64,000 bases of DNA from an uncultured Nitrososphaerales archaeon (GCA_963695855.1 CAVOHZ010000010.1:1632001-1696000); one strand, 5' to 3'; counted from the stretch's first letter, positions 45,962 through 56,027 are shown. A program made the numbers and translations. Notes: generated from the sequence alone by a model not told the origin.

Positions 45962-46006
45962 ATGGAGGGGATGGGATTCGAACCCATTCCTTGTATTCAC
46001 GGGTTT
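45962..46006 (-). repeat. tRNA 3'-end-like motif, copy B (possible att site)
   Basis: Minus strand ATGGG-TTCGAAT-CCCAT-CCCCTCC-A: perfect T-arm plus acceptor strand. Confidence 0.75.
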
Positions 46007-46012
46007 ATACCG

Positions 46013-46177
46013 TATCGCTAGAGTAATAAAATTATATATATATAATTATATTTTGTTTGTTAATCATTATATTTTTTAGTAGATAGATAGAAACTCAAGA
46101 CTCTTACTCTTACTCCACAGTAACAATAGTACTAGAACCCAAAATATAGATTGTTCTAGACACTAATAAAGTTATTT
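46013..46177 (+). repeat. ~165-bp inverted homolog of 38630-38791
   Basis: Directly follows tRNA-like copy B. Confidence 0.8.
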
Positions 46178-46670
46178 TATGATAGAGACAAAAAAAATAA
46201 AATAAAGTTATTAAGTAATTGTAATAAAGTTAACAATCGAAAAGATCTAGAACAGTTGTGATCCGAAGTTTAAATAAGTCGATAGGCATTAGGTCAGCAT
46301 GGAGTTTGTATGTCATGACAATGGTTGGTAAGATGAACGAACACGCAAATAATCCTGGGTAAAAATTCTACTAGAGGATTAGATAGTTTAGATCTAGCAA
46401 GGTATATTTTAAAAGAGATAAAAGATAATGAAAATTACTTGGATATTAGTATTATTTCCAAACGATCGGACAATAACGAGAGATTTGTACGGTCTATAAC
46501 AGAATTTCTAAAAGAGATGGAATGGTTATCAGAAGATGAAAATGGAAAATATACAACTACGCAAGAGGGACTAAAAAACAATTTAGATAACCTGACATTT
46601 TGAAAACTAAATATGAAAAGAAAAATAAAATTATATATATATAAAAATAAAGTAAATTTTAAATACTAAA

Positions 46671-46934
46671 TCAAATAGAATTGGAGGATTGAAGTTTTTC
46701 GTTTAGTTCATTTTCCAGGGTTGCAATCTGTCTATCCTTCAACCTTATCACCTGGTCCATGTCTAGCCGGTAGTCTTTCAGGTCCTGCCATTCTGCCAGA
46801 ACTCTAGAGACAAATCCATCCTGTGTTTCCCTTCTGCCCTTCAACCTTCCTATTACCTCTGCAGTATGTATTGATACGGCTAGCGTAGTAACCGGGGCTT
46901 TCTGGATTCTACGTCTTCCCATTTCTATCAACAA
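46671..46934 (-). CDS. Small RHH-like DNA-binding protein with coiled coil
   Basis: TTLAVS...LKGRRETQDGFVSRVL. Confidence 0.6.
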   Translation of the reverse strand: MLIEMGRRRIQKAPVTTLAVSIHTAEVIGRLKGRRETQDGFVSRVLAEWQDLKDYRLDMDQVIRLKDRQIATLENELNEKLQSSNSI

Positions 46935-46939
46935 AAAAA

Positions 46940-47344
46940 TTAGAAGGAATAGTCATCATCTTGGTAGGTTAGGCGCTGGGCCGTGTAGTCTATGGCCTCA
47001 ATTGTTTCTGCGGCCTTCGAACCTCGCTTAATGTGGAGCTCTTCCGGCAGGTGTTCAACCTCTTTCAATGTTCCCATTCTGATAGCATGTTCTATTGCAA
47101 AGATATGCTTGCACCTATCGGCTCTGTTGGACCCGTAATCCATACAACTACACCACTCGAAAACTGAAGGTTCAAATCTTACAAAGTAGTATCTATTATC
47201 TGTCGTTTCGGATTCTACGTAAAAGGTGTTTCTGTTTGACAGTTGGTACACTCTGCGGGATAGGCTGATAACGCGGCCCTTCTCGCTTCTTCTATTTTTT
47301 TTCTCTTTTGTTGATTCAACTATTTTAGAAACTGTTTGCGTCAT
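46940..47344 (-). CDS. SWIM zinc-finger protein
   Basis: FYVESE...CSCMD...CKHIFAI. Confidence 0.85.
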   Translation of the reverse strand: MTQTVSKIVESTKEKKNRRSEKGRVISLSRRVYQLSNRNTFYVESETTDNRYYFVRFEPSVFEWCSCMDYGSNRADRCKHIFAIEHAIRMGTLKEVEHLPEELHIKRGSKAAETIEAIDYTAQRLTYQDDDYSF

Positions 47345-47449
47345 ATACGAATGTATACATTGATTTTGTTATATAAAGTATACTATCGTAAACAGATATA
47401 TACGAAAATGGTTATAAAATAAGATATGGGTAAACAGCAGTATACGTTT

Positions 47450-47590
47450 ATGGTTAAGAAAGATAGTTTTGTCGCTAAACATAGTAAACTCGGTGATAAA
47501 TGGATAATAATTATTCCTAAGGACCATCACGAAATTATAAAAAATATGAAGAACCCATTAAAAGTAAGAGTAGAAGAAGTTTTAGATTAA
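47450..47590 (+). CDS. AbrB/SpoVT-like micro-regulator (not in ORF track)
   Basis: MVKKDSFVAKHSKLGDKWIIIIPKDHHEIIKNMKNPLKVRVEEVLD; divergent from SWIM gene. Confidence 0.6.
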   Translation: MVKKDSFVAKHSKLGDKWIIIIPKDHHEIIKNMKNPLKVRVEEVLD

Positions 47591-47594
47591 CGAA

Positions 47595-47804
47595 ATGAGT
47601 TCTGACAATATTTCAAATATCAGTTCTGACATTAATAATATTGTAGGTGATAGAAGCAACAAAATGAATAATACATACTGTTATGGTTGTAATACTCTCA
47701 TTGAATGGAATCCTGTTAAGGGAGAGTACTGGGAATTATCTACACAAAAGAAGCATAAATGTCCTTATCTAGAAAAAGGACAAATACAGAAAATAGAACA
47801 ATAA
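47595..47804 (+). CDS. Small zinc-binding protein
   Basis: CYGC...W...HKCP. Confidence 0.55.
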   Translation: MSSDNISNISSDINNIVGDRSNKMNNTYCYGCNTLIEWNPVKGEYWELSTQKKHKCPYLEKGQIQKIEQ

Positions 47805-47850
47805 TATATCAAAAAATAATATTAACTGGTTTATTTCTTATTCATTTTAA

Positions 47851-48293
47851 ATGCCATTTGGATTTGGAGGAAAGAAAGAACCTGAAGTTGAAAAACCTGA
47901 GTATAGATTTGAAGTTAAATATTTAGGAGGTCATAAAGCATTCCCAGCAAAAAAGTCAGTAGATACAAAGATATCAGTTTATTCAGATAGAATAGATATC
48001 GAGAAGCCATTAAATCTCAATATCCCTTATTCAAAGATCACAAAAATTGAAAATATGGACGAGAAGAAAATTTCTGCTTTAAGGGTAGTGGGCCTAGGAT
48101 TAGTTTTTCTTCCATTGGCAATACATTGGCAATAGTTGGTGCCTTGTGGAAGAAGAGAAAGGTCTATACTGTTTTCGATTATGACGATGGTTTAGATACT
48201 CAAACTATGGTATTTGATTTTGAAAAACATCTAGAAAAAATGCAACCAATAATTTATCATAAAGTTATGCAGGAAAGATCAAAATATAAATGA
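47851..48293 (+). pseudogene. PH-like/membrane protein broken by an 11-bp duplication
   Basis: KYLGGHKAFP; CATTGGCAATA x2 near 48113-48134; removing one copy restores ...PLAIVGALWKK...SKYK*. Confidence 0.7.
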
Positions 48294-48531
48294 GTTTCAA
48301 AACAGTCAAGGATTTATTCTGGTACAGAAATGTACCCGATAATTGTATTACTTATACATAGATGAAAGTGTAGATACAGGAGATTATAAGGAAAAAACCT
48401 GCACTATAGGTGGTAGTTCACGATTTCTAACTTTAGGTGGTATAGAGATAGAGAAAATTATTCAGAAATAGTTGTCAGGCTATGGACTTTTACGAAGCAC
48501 GTAACAGTATACGGTTTCATTACGATTGATT

Positions 48532-49203
48532 TCAGGAAGGAGGATCAAAACGAATTGATCTATTTGATATCTTCTGCAGATCCTCTTTTTTCTTTCCGCT
48601 TTCAGTATATTTTCTAGTATATATTTTAGCAAAAAAATCAATGTGTTCTTGGCTATCCATCAAGGCCTTCGGCATTCCTCTATCCCTCATCATTACATTA
48701 CCAAGTAAAAATCTCCAAAAAATGGAAAATAATTCATCAATTAATTCCCATCTAAAATTATTTGGATCTTCGTTTATATCCCAATGAAGTAGCGATTCCA
48801 GGAATCTATTCAATATGGCATGTCTGTTCGTATATTCAGCATTGAATTTAGAGCGTTCTTCCTTGTACTTATCTGGTCCAACTCGAATAAATCCAAATAA
48901 TTCTTTTATATCATCTTCAAATACTCCCCTCAAATCAGGATACTTTTTCAAGTATTCAAAAAAGAATATCATATTTGCCATGGATTGAAAAATGAATTTG
49001 TCCAGAACATATCTCTTTTTTCTGTCCAGATTTCTTTTATTTATTTTCTCATCAACATTACTGCTATCGTCGCGCCCCGCATTTTTTTCGGTTTGCGATG
49101 TTTCAGCGATTTGATAATATTGTAACATTTGGTTCATGAACTCCGCTAATGTGGGAGAAAATGTGTAACCTTCCTTACTAGATTCACTTGTGTAAGCACT
49201 CAA
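48532..49203 (-). CDS. Hypothetical protein
   Basis: 223-aa ORF divergent from the RHH/Topo unit. Confidence 0.65.
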   Translation of the reverse strand: MSAYTSESSKEGYTFSPTLAEFMNQMLQYYQIAETSQTEKNAGRDDSSNVDEKINKRNLDRKKRYVLDKFIFQSMANMIFFFEYLKKYPDLRGVFEDDIKELFGFIRVGPDKYKEERSKFNAEYTNRHAILNRFLESLLHWDINEDPNNFRWELIDELFSIFWRFLLGNVMMRDRGMPKALMDSQEHIDFFAKIYTRKYTESGKKKEDLQKISNRSIRFDPPS

Positions 49204-49256
49204 TTTATGTAACAGTTATTGTTATAGTTACGCATTTTATAAATCATTTGATTGTT

Positions 49257-49421
49257 ATGAAAAATATAACAACGAACCAAAAATATACAACAATTCGGAT
49301 AACCACAGAAACCCATGATCTATTGGCTGATCAGGGAAATATGAAAGATTCCTATGATACTGTCATCAAGCGACTGATTGAAAATCAAAGGGCCAAGGAG
49401 AACCCATATGTTCCGAAATGA
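49257..49421 (+). CDS. RHH-like regulator
   Basis: YTTIRIT-ETHDLL...G...DSYDTVIKRLI. Confidence 0.7.
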   Translation: MKNITTNQKYTTIRITTETHDLLADQGNMKDSYDTVIKRLIENQRAKENPYVPK

Positions 49422-49525
49422 GCGAGACATTGAAGCCCTGGGTACTTCGCGAATGTCCATTCGAATACGGTGTTTTGTGCAGGAAGCAATGGACGGCAGA
49501 GTGAACATTTTCACAAAAATTTAGC

Positions 49526-52363
49526 ATGACAGATTTGTATCAAAATGTGAACCCTCGAGCATTTAATATGATGCTCAGTACAAATAGTAAATCACACATA
49601 CGAGTGATAGACAGTAATACTCCTGCTACCAGTAAGGTCAGAACTGAAGAAATCTTTTCATCTGAGGACCAGACAACCGATTATCTTTCTATCCAAGGAC
49701 TTAATACTAGATTCGGACTCGACGGAACTGGTTTTGAAATTTTCATAATAAAGGAAATGATGGATAACGCGCTAGACTATATTGAACAAAATGCACAAAA
49801 ATTTGCACAATTAAATGAAGGAATACCATTTATCGATGTAGTTGTTGCCGAAGAAAATGATGAAGTTGTAAAAATCATTGTTACAAATTCTAACGCAAGT
49901 AATGAAAATATATTTTCTGAGGACCAAATTCAGAAAATCTTTAATCTTAAAGAATACTACAGCAGCAAAAGATACAGGCATCAAATAAATCGTGGAGAGT
50001 TGGGTGATGCCTTCAAGGCCATATTATGCATTCCTTACGCCATTGCCGTCAATGATCACAGTAACATCTATGAAAACTGGGATTATCCGTTAAAGATCAA
50101 TATTTCCAATAAAAGACTAATTGAAGTTAAAATCGATAATTTCGATAAAATTAGAAAAAAGGAAAATGTACGGGTAAAGGCAGAGTTTAAACAAATTTCT
50201 GATGAAACTAAAAATCAATCCTATTTTACAGAAATCACCGTATATATTCCAAAAATCTCAGTAAATTATGATAAAATTAGGCAAATTCTAAAAAGATATG
50301 CAGTTATAAATACACATATTATTTTTGATTTCAAAATTCCAAGCAAAGAAACAGGTATATACGAATACAGTTGGTTCTTAACACAGAAACTAAAACGTGA
50401 TTGGAAAAATAGACTAAGTATATATTCTTATTCTTTACCAGATTTTAGAGATTTAATTCTCAGTATTAAAGATAGAGATGATCTAAATGTGTATGATGAT
50501 TTAATCAGACCACATTTTAGAGAAGGTGGATCACTTCCAAAAGAGGACCAATTTAAGACATTGGCCTATAAGGATTTAAAATCTGATATGAACAAAATCG
50601 AGGTTGTATACAATAAGTTAAAGAATAATCAAAGATCAATAAAACATCAATCCTCACGTCGTATTCCATTCCTGGACGTTCCTTTTGACATGGAGAAAAC
50701 ATCCAGAGAAAACGGGTTAAGAGTACGTCTACAACAGGTATATGATATTGACAAAGATAGTTTTGTGTATAAGAAATTTGATAGATGTTATTATGAAAAC
50801 CTAGAGAAAGGTGTAGAATTTCCGTATATGTTTGAAATTGCTATTGCAAAATCACCAATGTTTCCAAAGAAAAGATTGACATTAATTGAATCTTTAAATT
50901 GTTCTCCTGGCTTGTATTCTGATTCATTATTTCATGCGAATGAACCAATTTTTAACTGGACGCAAAAAAATGGACAAGTATGGAATGGATATAGTATTGC
51001 TGGGGTTCTCGAAAATTGCGGATATTCAGTTGAAAACGAAAAGAAACATAAGAAAATCCATAATCTAATTCTTATTAATTTAATATCTCCTAGAATAGAT
51101 TATAGTAGTCATAGTAAATCAAGTATCAAATTAGAGCCATTCGCTGAAATGACTCAGAAGGTTTACACTTTTTGTAAGGAATCACATAGAAAAAAAACCA
51201 GTGATGATAACACATTAAATAATATGCACTATTTAAGAATCATATTACAAGATCGATATTATGCTGTAAAGAACAATCCAATACTGAAAACACCAAAATA
51301 CAGATGGACTCAAAGCACCGTATACTATATTTTGAGAAAGATTCTTGATGAAAAAGGGATTCCAATTGCAGATAGAGATTACATTACTGGAGAAATCAAA
51401 GTTGAATGTGAACAATTAGGAATGCGATTAATAGAAATAGGCAGACCGCTTAAAAGACACGAATTGGGGATAATTGCAGCAGAAAGGGCACAACTGTTTT
51501 TTGATGGCCAGGCTCTAGGAATTAGTTTTGACCGAATAGAAGAGTTGATGAAAAAAGGAACGGATCTCCTAATTATAGAGAAAGAAGGTATAGCCGAAAT
51601 ATTCATGGAATTTGCAAATAAACGAGGGATTGCAATCTTAAACTCTCGTGGGTTTGTTACAGAATATGCAGAAGAATTATCAGAACTTGCTCAAAAAGAA
51701 GGATGCAATATCGCTATATTAACAGATTTAGATTCATCTGGATTGCTTATTTCATCCAAACTACCTAATGCTTATAGAATAGGTATTGACTTTAGGACAC
51801 TTCTTTATTTTGAGGATATAGAACAGGAGACTGTTGAGGAGCAAGTTACTAAAAAGAACAAGAACGAAAATGAGAACGAAAGTGATAGTCATTTATCAAA
51901 ATTAAAAGATCTGGCTAAATCAGAAATACCATTGCCTTACAGAAATAATCCTGAGGAATGGGAGGAGTTAATAGAATATCTGGATACTGGAATGCGTATA
52001 GAAATAGATAGTATTCGTACCCAACTTAATAACGATAATGAAAGATTTTGGGATTACATACTTAAAGAATTAGATAGAGAGTTCCCAACGAGGAATTATA
52101 ATAGAGCCATAGAGGTAAAGGAATATGTTATGCCAAAAATGATAGACGATTTTATTTCTGCTGTAGGAAATATATTGACCGAAGCGACTTCAGAAAAACG
52201 GGAGGAAATAATGAACGACTTGGCAAATACAGAACATTTCTTTGATGATATAAAAGTTGAAAGCGAAGAAATTGATGAACAACTAGGATCAGTTTCCGAA
52301 TCTGATGAAATTAAAAAGCAAATTGCTGAACAAGTTAAAAAGTTTTTGAAGTTTGAAGCATAA
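49526..52363 (+). CDS. Fused type IIB topoisomerase (Topo VI B+A; Topo VIII-like)
   Basis: GHKL KEMMDNALD and RGELGDAFKAIL; WHD TQSTVYY; TOPRIM IIEKEG, SRGF, TDLDSSG, RIEIDSI. Confidence 0.8.
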   Translation: MTDLYQNVNPRAFNMMLSTNSKSHIRVIDSNTPATSKVRTEEIFSSEDQTTDYLSIQGLNTRFGLDGTGFEIFIIKEMMDNALDYIEQNAQKFAQLNEGIPFIDVVVAEENDEVVKIIVTNSNASNENIFSEDQIQKIFNLKEYYSSKRYRHQINRGELGDAFKAILCIPYAIAVNDHSNIYENWDYPLKINISNKRLIEVKIDNFDKIRKKENVRVKAEFKQISDETKNQSYFTEITVYIPKISVNYDKIRQILKRYAVINTHIIFDFKIPSKETGIYEYSWFLTQKLKRDWKNRLSIYSYSLPDFRDLILSIKDRDDLNVYDDLIRPHFREGGSLPKEDQFKTLAYKDLKSDMNKIEVVYNKLKNNQRSIKHQSSRRIPFLDVPFDMEKTSRENGLRVRLQQVYDIDKDSFVYKKFDRCYYENLEKGVEFPYMFEIAIAKSPMFPKKRLTLIESLNCSPGLYSDSLFHANEPIFNWTQKNGQVWNGYSIAGVLENCGYSVENEKKHKKIHNLILINLISPRIDYSSHSKSSIKLEPFAEMTQKVYTFCKESHRKKTSDDNTLNNMHYLRIILQDRYYAVKNNPILKTPKYRWTQSTVYYILRKILDEKGIPIADRDYITGEIKVECEQLGMRLIEIGRPLKRHELGIIAAERAQLFFDGQALGISFDRIEELMKKGTDLLIIEKEGIAEIFMEFANKRGIAILNSRGFVTEYAEELSELAQKEGCNIAILTDLDSSGLLISSKLPNAYRIGIDFRTLLYFEDIEQETVEEQVTKKNKNENENESDSHLSKLKDLAKSEIPLPYRNNPEEWEELIEYLDTGMRIEIDSIRTQLNNDNERFWDYILKELDREFPTRNYNRAIEVKEYVMPKMIDDFISAVGNILTEATSEKREEIMNDLANTEHFFDDIKVESEEIDEQLGSVSESDEIKKQIAEQVKKFLKFEA

Positions 52364-52381
52364 TCGGCATTAAAATTAACT

Positions 52382-52436
52382 CCAATTTACCAAGTTTGGC
52401 AAGGAAATCCTTGCAAATTGGCTTGGATTTCCAAGC
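52382..52436. promoter_or_regulatory. Twin hairpins after the topoisomerase gene
   Basis: GCAAGGA-AA-TCCTTGC (52399-52414) and GCTTGGA-TT-TCCAAGC (52421-52436); outer CCAATTT/AAATTGG stem. Confidence 0.55.
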
Positions 52437-52533
52437 AGATTTATTCAGTTTTGCGGTAAAATTCCCCTAAATTAGTTTACTGGGTTTAATGGAGATATTA
52501 GTTCTCTGATACGAAATTCTTTCAAGGCTTTTT

Positions 52534-52662
52534 ATGAGTCAAAAAAATATACTCATAAAAATAAGTGAAGAAAATGCCAACAAATTGGCAGAACGTGGAG
52601 AATTCAGGGATACCTGGAATACGATAGTTACCAAGGTTTTAGCAGAGGTTGATGAAAAATGA
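52534..52662 (+). CDS. 42-aa RHH-like regulator (not in ORF track)
   Basis: MSQKNILIKISEENANKLAERGEFRDTWNTIVTKVL; resembles 49257-49421. Confidence 0.6.
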   Translation: MSQKNILIKISEENANKLAERGEFRDTWNTIVTKVLAEVDEK

Positions 52663-52847
52663 TGAGTCAATCGCTGGCACCCTGGAAGATATCGGAATGT
52701 TATGGGCCTCATGAAGAATGTCCGATTGTGTGGCGACACAAGTATCTCGACCATGAAATTATTTGCGTCTGTTCGTGTGGGCACGGGCAAAAAAATGATA
52801 AGACTCGCACCTCTTCCCTTGCATCGGGTTCCTTGGTTGAGCGGTAA
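52659..52847 (+). CDS. Small Cys/His-rich protein
   Basis: CYG-HEECP...CVCSCGH; ATGA overlap with upstream gene. Confidence 0.5.
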   Translation: MMSQSLAPWKISECYGPHEECPIVWRHKYLDHEIICVCSCGHGQKNDKTRTSSLASGSLVER

Positions 52848-52881
52848 TCCTCTTGTAGCGGTTAATGGGGAGATGTAAAAA

Positions 52882-53124
52882 TTGAATGCAAAAAATGGTG
52901 CCCCATGCGATGAGAGCACCGGCAACAATGACGCAGTAACAGTAGAGCCAATTAATAATACACGTCACAGCAATAAAAAATTATCGCTAGCGATACTTGA
53001 AGATAAAATCAATCTTATTCAAGTCTCTCTCTGCAAATTAAGACCGGATATTAGGAACATAGTCAGAGAAGAAATCAAGAACGTGGTCAGTGATGAAATC
53101 CTACGTGTACGTGGTTATCTTTAA
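52882..53124 (+). CDS. Hypothetical coiled-coil protein
   Basis: 80-aa ORF in the same unit upstream of the helicase. Confidence 0.45.
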   Translation: MNAKNGAPCDESTGNNDAVTVEPINNTRHSNKKLSLAILEDKINLIQVSLCKLRPDIRNIVREEIKNVVSDEILRVRGYL

Positions 53125-53269
53125 CCAACCAACCAACCAACCAACTAATTTAGTTCGAAATGTCCAATAAGTGCAAGTGCTGGGTTTGCTCGTTTTTAAC
53201 TGAATGTGCGGACCAAAAAGTATATCAACAATCTACACACATGCAGAAAGTTCTAGGTAAGAAGAGGTC

Positions 53270-54751
53270 ATGACTTCAACACCAGGAGGTTTTGATTCCG
53301 AATATACCAAAAACGCACATTACGATGTTTTTGGTACACGTATGGCTGATTTTAGTGATGCAAGAAAGAAAAAGCAGGAACTGATAGAGGACGGTACAAG
53401 ATTTGTCATGGCCCGACATATTTTTTTGACAGTTGAGGAAACAAAAGAAATTCTATACTATGACAAGGATAAAGGAGTTTATGTATCTGGGGGAGAACTA
53501 ATAATTGAAAAAGACCTAGAAGATATATTTGAATTTAAATTAAGAGTTGTAGACATATCAGAAATAAAAGGCCACATAATGAGGAAAACGTACGTAAAAA
53601 TGGAGGAATTTGATGCTGATCTTGATATTTTAAACATGAAAAACGGCCTATACAACTGGAGGACAAACAAATTGAAGCCACATACACCCGAATACTATTC
53701 TATGATACAGTGTGGTGTCAAATACGATTCCAGGGCAAAACCAAAATACTTTATGACATTCCTAAAGGAAGTTTTGTATGCTGAGAACATAAGAACAGCC
53801 TTGGAGATAATTGCATATACCTTCATACGTTTACATTTGTTTGAGTGCTACTTTATTTTAGTAGGCACCGGCTCTAACGGTAAGAGTGTGTTTGTAGGTG
53901 TGTTATGTGCTCTACACGGGAAGGATAATACCGCTAATGTCTCTTTGAAGGAACTGGTAGAAGACAGGTTTGCTCTTGCGGACCTAGTTGGAAAGAATGT
54001 AAATGTAGATACTGAACTATCAAGCAGCAGTATAAAGGATATGTCTATTCTCAAGAAACTTACAGGAAATCAACCGATAAGGGTACAGAAGAAAGGACAA
54101 CATGCCTTTGAGTCTGTGCTATGGGCCAAGCAGATATTTAACGCCAACCAGTTACCGGTAACAGATGATCATACAGACGCTCACTTTAGAAGAGAGATAA
54201 CGCTATCGTTCCCATATCAGTTCAAGGAAAAAAAAGATGATGATGATACTATAATAGGTACAGTAGAGGAGGATGAACCCAATGTCAAGACGGCAGATAT
54301 TCACATGTTAAAGAAACTTACAACCAAGAAAGAACTGTCAGGGATTTTCAACCTTGTAGCCAAGTCCATGAGGGCAATAGATCGCAATAAGAAGATATAT
54401 GCAGATTCTAAATCTATTGATGATAGAAGAGAAAAAGCGGAATTAACGAGGGACCCTATAGGTGCATTTGTCGATATCTGTAAGGTACAGCCAATAGCAC
54501 CAACATCAAACAGTTTTATGTTAAAAGAGGATCTCTACAAAATATTCAAGAATTTCTGTGAAGTGAAGAAGTTACATGTACCAAGTTATGGGGAATTTGC
54601 TGAAATAATGAGGAAAGAACACGGTTACAAAAATAAACGAAAGATGATACTTGGAAAGAAGGAAACTGTCTGGTATGTTGAGGTGAATAATCCAACTGGA
54701 GAAGAGGAAGTCGAAAGTGAAGATGTAGCAAATAACAACATAAACAACTAA
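53270..54751 (+). CDS. Phage/plasmid P4/D5-like SF3 helicase
   Basis: D5-N-like LNMKNGLYN...HTPEYY, Walker A GTGSNGKS, KKLTG, IFNANQLP, HFRR; no primase domain in this ORF. Confidence 0.9.
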   Translation: MTSTPGGFDSEYTKNAHYDVFGTRMADFSDARKKKQELIEDGTRFVMARHIFLTVEETKEILYYDKDKGVYVSGGELIIEKDLEDIFEFKLRVVDISEIKGHIMRKTYVKMEEFDADLDILNMKNGLYNWRTNKLKPHTPEYYSMIQCGVKYDSRAKPKYFMTFLKEVLYAENIRTALEIIAYTFIRLHLFECYFILVGTGSNGKSVFVGVLCALHGKDNTANVSLKELVEDRFALADLVGKNVNVDTELSSSSIKDMSILKKLTGNQPIRVQKKGQHAFESVLWAKQIFNANQLPVTDDHTDAHFRREITLSFPYQFKEKKDDDDTIIGTVEEDEPNVKTADIHMLKKLTTKKELSGIFNLVAKSMRAIDRNKKIYADSKSIDDRREKAELTRDPIGAFVDICKVQPIAPTSNSFMLKEDLYKIFKNFCEVKKLHVPSYGEFAEIMRKEHGYKNKRKMILGKKETVWYVEVNNPTGEEEVESEDVANNNINN

Positions 54752-54798
54752 AAATATTTTTAATATCCTATTATTAACTAATTACTGATTGTTGTAAA

Positions 54799-55050
54799 GT
54801 GGCTAGAAGTAATATTCCAGGGATTGATAGCAGACTTACAAGGCTGGTAGATCCTTCATCAGAAGCAGCAGGTAGAACCATGCAACTAACAGCAGAGACT
54901 TATCAGGTATTGAAGGAACACGCATCTCGATATTATTCAAGTCCCCGTTATGATGAAGTGTTAGTTAATCTGGTAAAGTTCTACGAGGAGAAGGAGGGTC
55001 CAAAACACTACGCTCATTATAACAACGTCAATATTATGACGATTGATTGA
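54799..55050 (+). CDS. Small RHH-like protein
   Basis: RTMQLTAETYQVLK...YDEVLVNLVKFYE. Confidence 0.55.
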   Translation: MARSNIPGIDSRLTRLVDPSSEAAGRTMQLTAETYQVLKEHASRYYSSPRYDEVLVNLVKFYEEKEGPKHYAHYNNVNIMTID

Positions 55051-55107
55051 TTAGTTATAATAATTAATTCAAAATAAATAAAAAAGAAAAAAAATTGATG
55101 ATTATAT

Positions 55108-55818
55108 TTAGGGCGGTCCTATAATGAATTCAACTCCTGCGTCTTCAAGACATTCTATCAAATCATCAACAACTTCTGGATCTACACCAGGTAGAGCCAA
55201 CCTGAAAGCATCTTCAGGAATGACTGATCCATCTTCAGGATTAACAAATAGTATACAAAATCGTTCGATCGATTCAACTCCAAATAGTTCTACAAAAGTG
55301 GTAATTTCGTCTGGAGATAGAAATTCTTCAAAACATTCTTCACATGTTCTTTGTGGAGTACTAGTTCTTATCTGTTCATTCACATTAACATTTACACATA
55401 TGTTTACAAGGTTTTTCTCGAAGTTTATTTTATCAAAGCCATTTTCATTTTGTGCGTTTGCTGCCTCTGGACCCGCTCCCTCATTTGTTGCTGCAGTAGC
55501 AGTAGTGTCTTCAGGTATTTGGGTAATATCTATTCCATTGACATTTATGTTACTGTTTACACAGGATATTTTCTGGATATCTCCATAACTCTTTTTTTGA
55601 TGGTTATTGTCATAACCGTACTTGTTGTCGTCTTGGTAATAGTAGTTGCTATTATATCCATATTGATCACCATAGTAGGAATGTCGATCGTCATCATAAC
55701 CTTCACTGCCATATGGCATTGCTTGTGCGTTTGTAATTGTTGATGGGTTTAGAGCCAGTATACTTGTCGCTAGTATTGCCCCTAGTATAGAAGCAAATAC
55801 TATCATTCTATTGCTCAT
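55108..55818 (-). CDS. Secreted surface protein, paralog 1
   Basis: Signal peptide, Y/D-rich linker, IQKISCVNSNINVNGIDIT...NLVNICVN, Cys-containing helical C-domain. Confidence 0.8.
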   Translation of the reverse strand: MSNRMIVFASILGAILATSILALNPSTITNAQAMPYGSEGYDDDRHSYYGDQYGYNSNYYYQDDNKYGYDNNHQKKSYGDIQKISCVNSNINVNGIDITQIPEDTTATAATNEGAGPEAANAQNENGFDKINFEKNLVNICVNVNVNEQIRTSTPQRTCEECFEEFLSPDEITTFVELFGVESIERFCILFVNPEDGSVIPEDAFRLALPGVDPEVVDDLIECLEDAGVEFIIGPP

Positions 55819-56027
55819 TACATTGTTAAATGTGAATTTATTATATCTAAGGTTGGAAGGAACATTATCTAATCCTGTAATATTTTATCATGCTGAATTA
55901 TTGAATATAAGAAGAATAGCAATTGATCTACAAGTACAATATTAGATGTTATAATAATCTCAAGAATTCTGTTTTGTTAGTTTGTTAGTTAATTAATTAC
56001 CAAGAATTGGTACAAAAATAAAAAAAG
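55814..56027 (-). repeat. ~210-bp upstream/promoter repeat, copy 1
   Basis: Near-identical to 57518-57728; first ~105 bp also at 57039-57143. Confidence 0.9.

Noticed and set aside
45962-46006. Complete tRNA gene at any of the three motifs
   Set aside because: No D-arm, anticodon arm or complementary 5' acceptor strand nearby
23095-52363. Wadjet system (SMC plus TOPRIM)
   Set aside because: The SMC-like gene has a Rad50 Zn hook and an Mre11 partner; the TOPRIM is fused to GHKL about 24 kb away; no JetA/B
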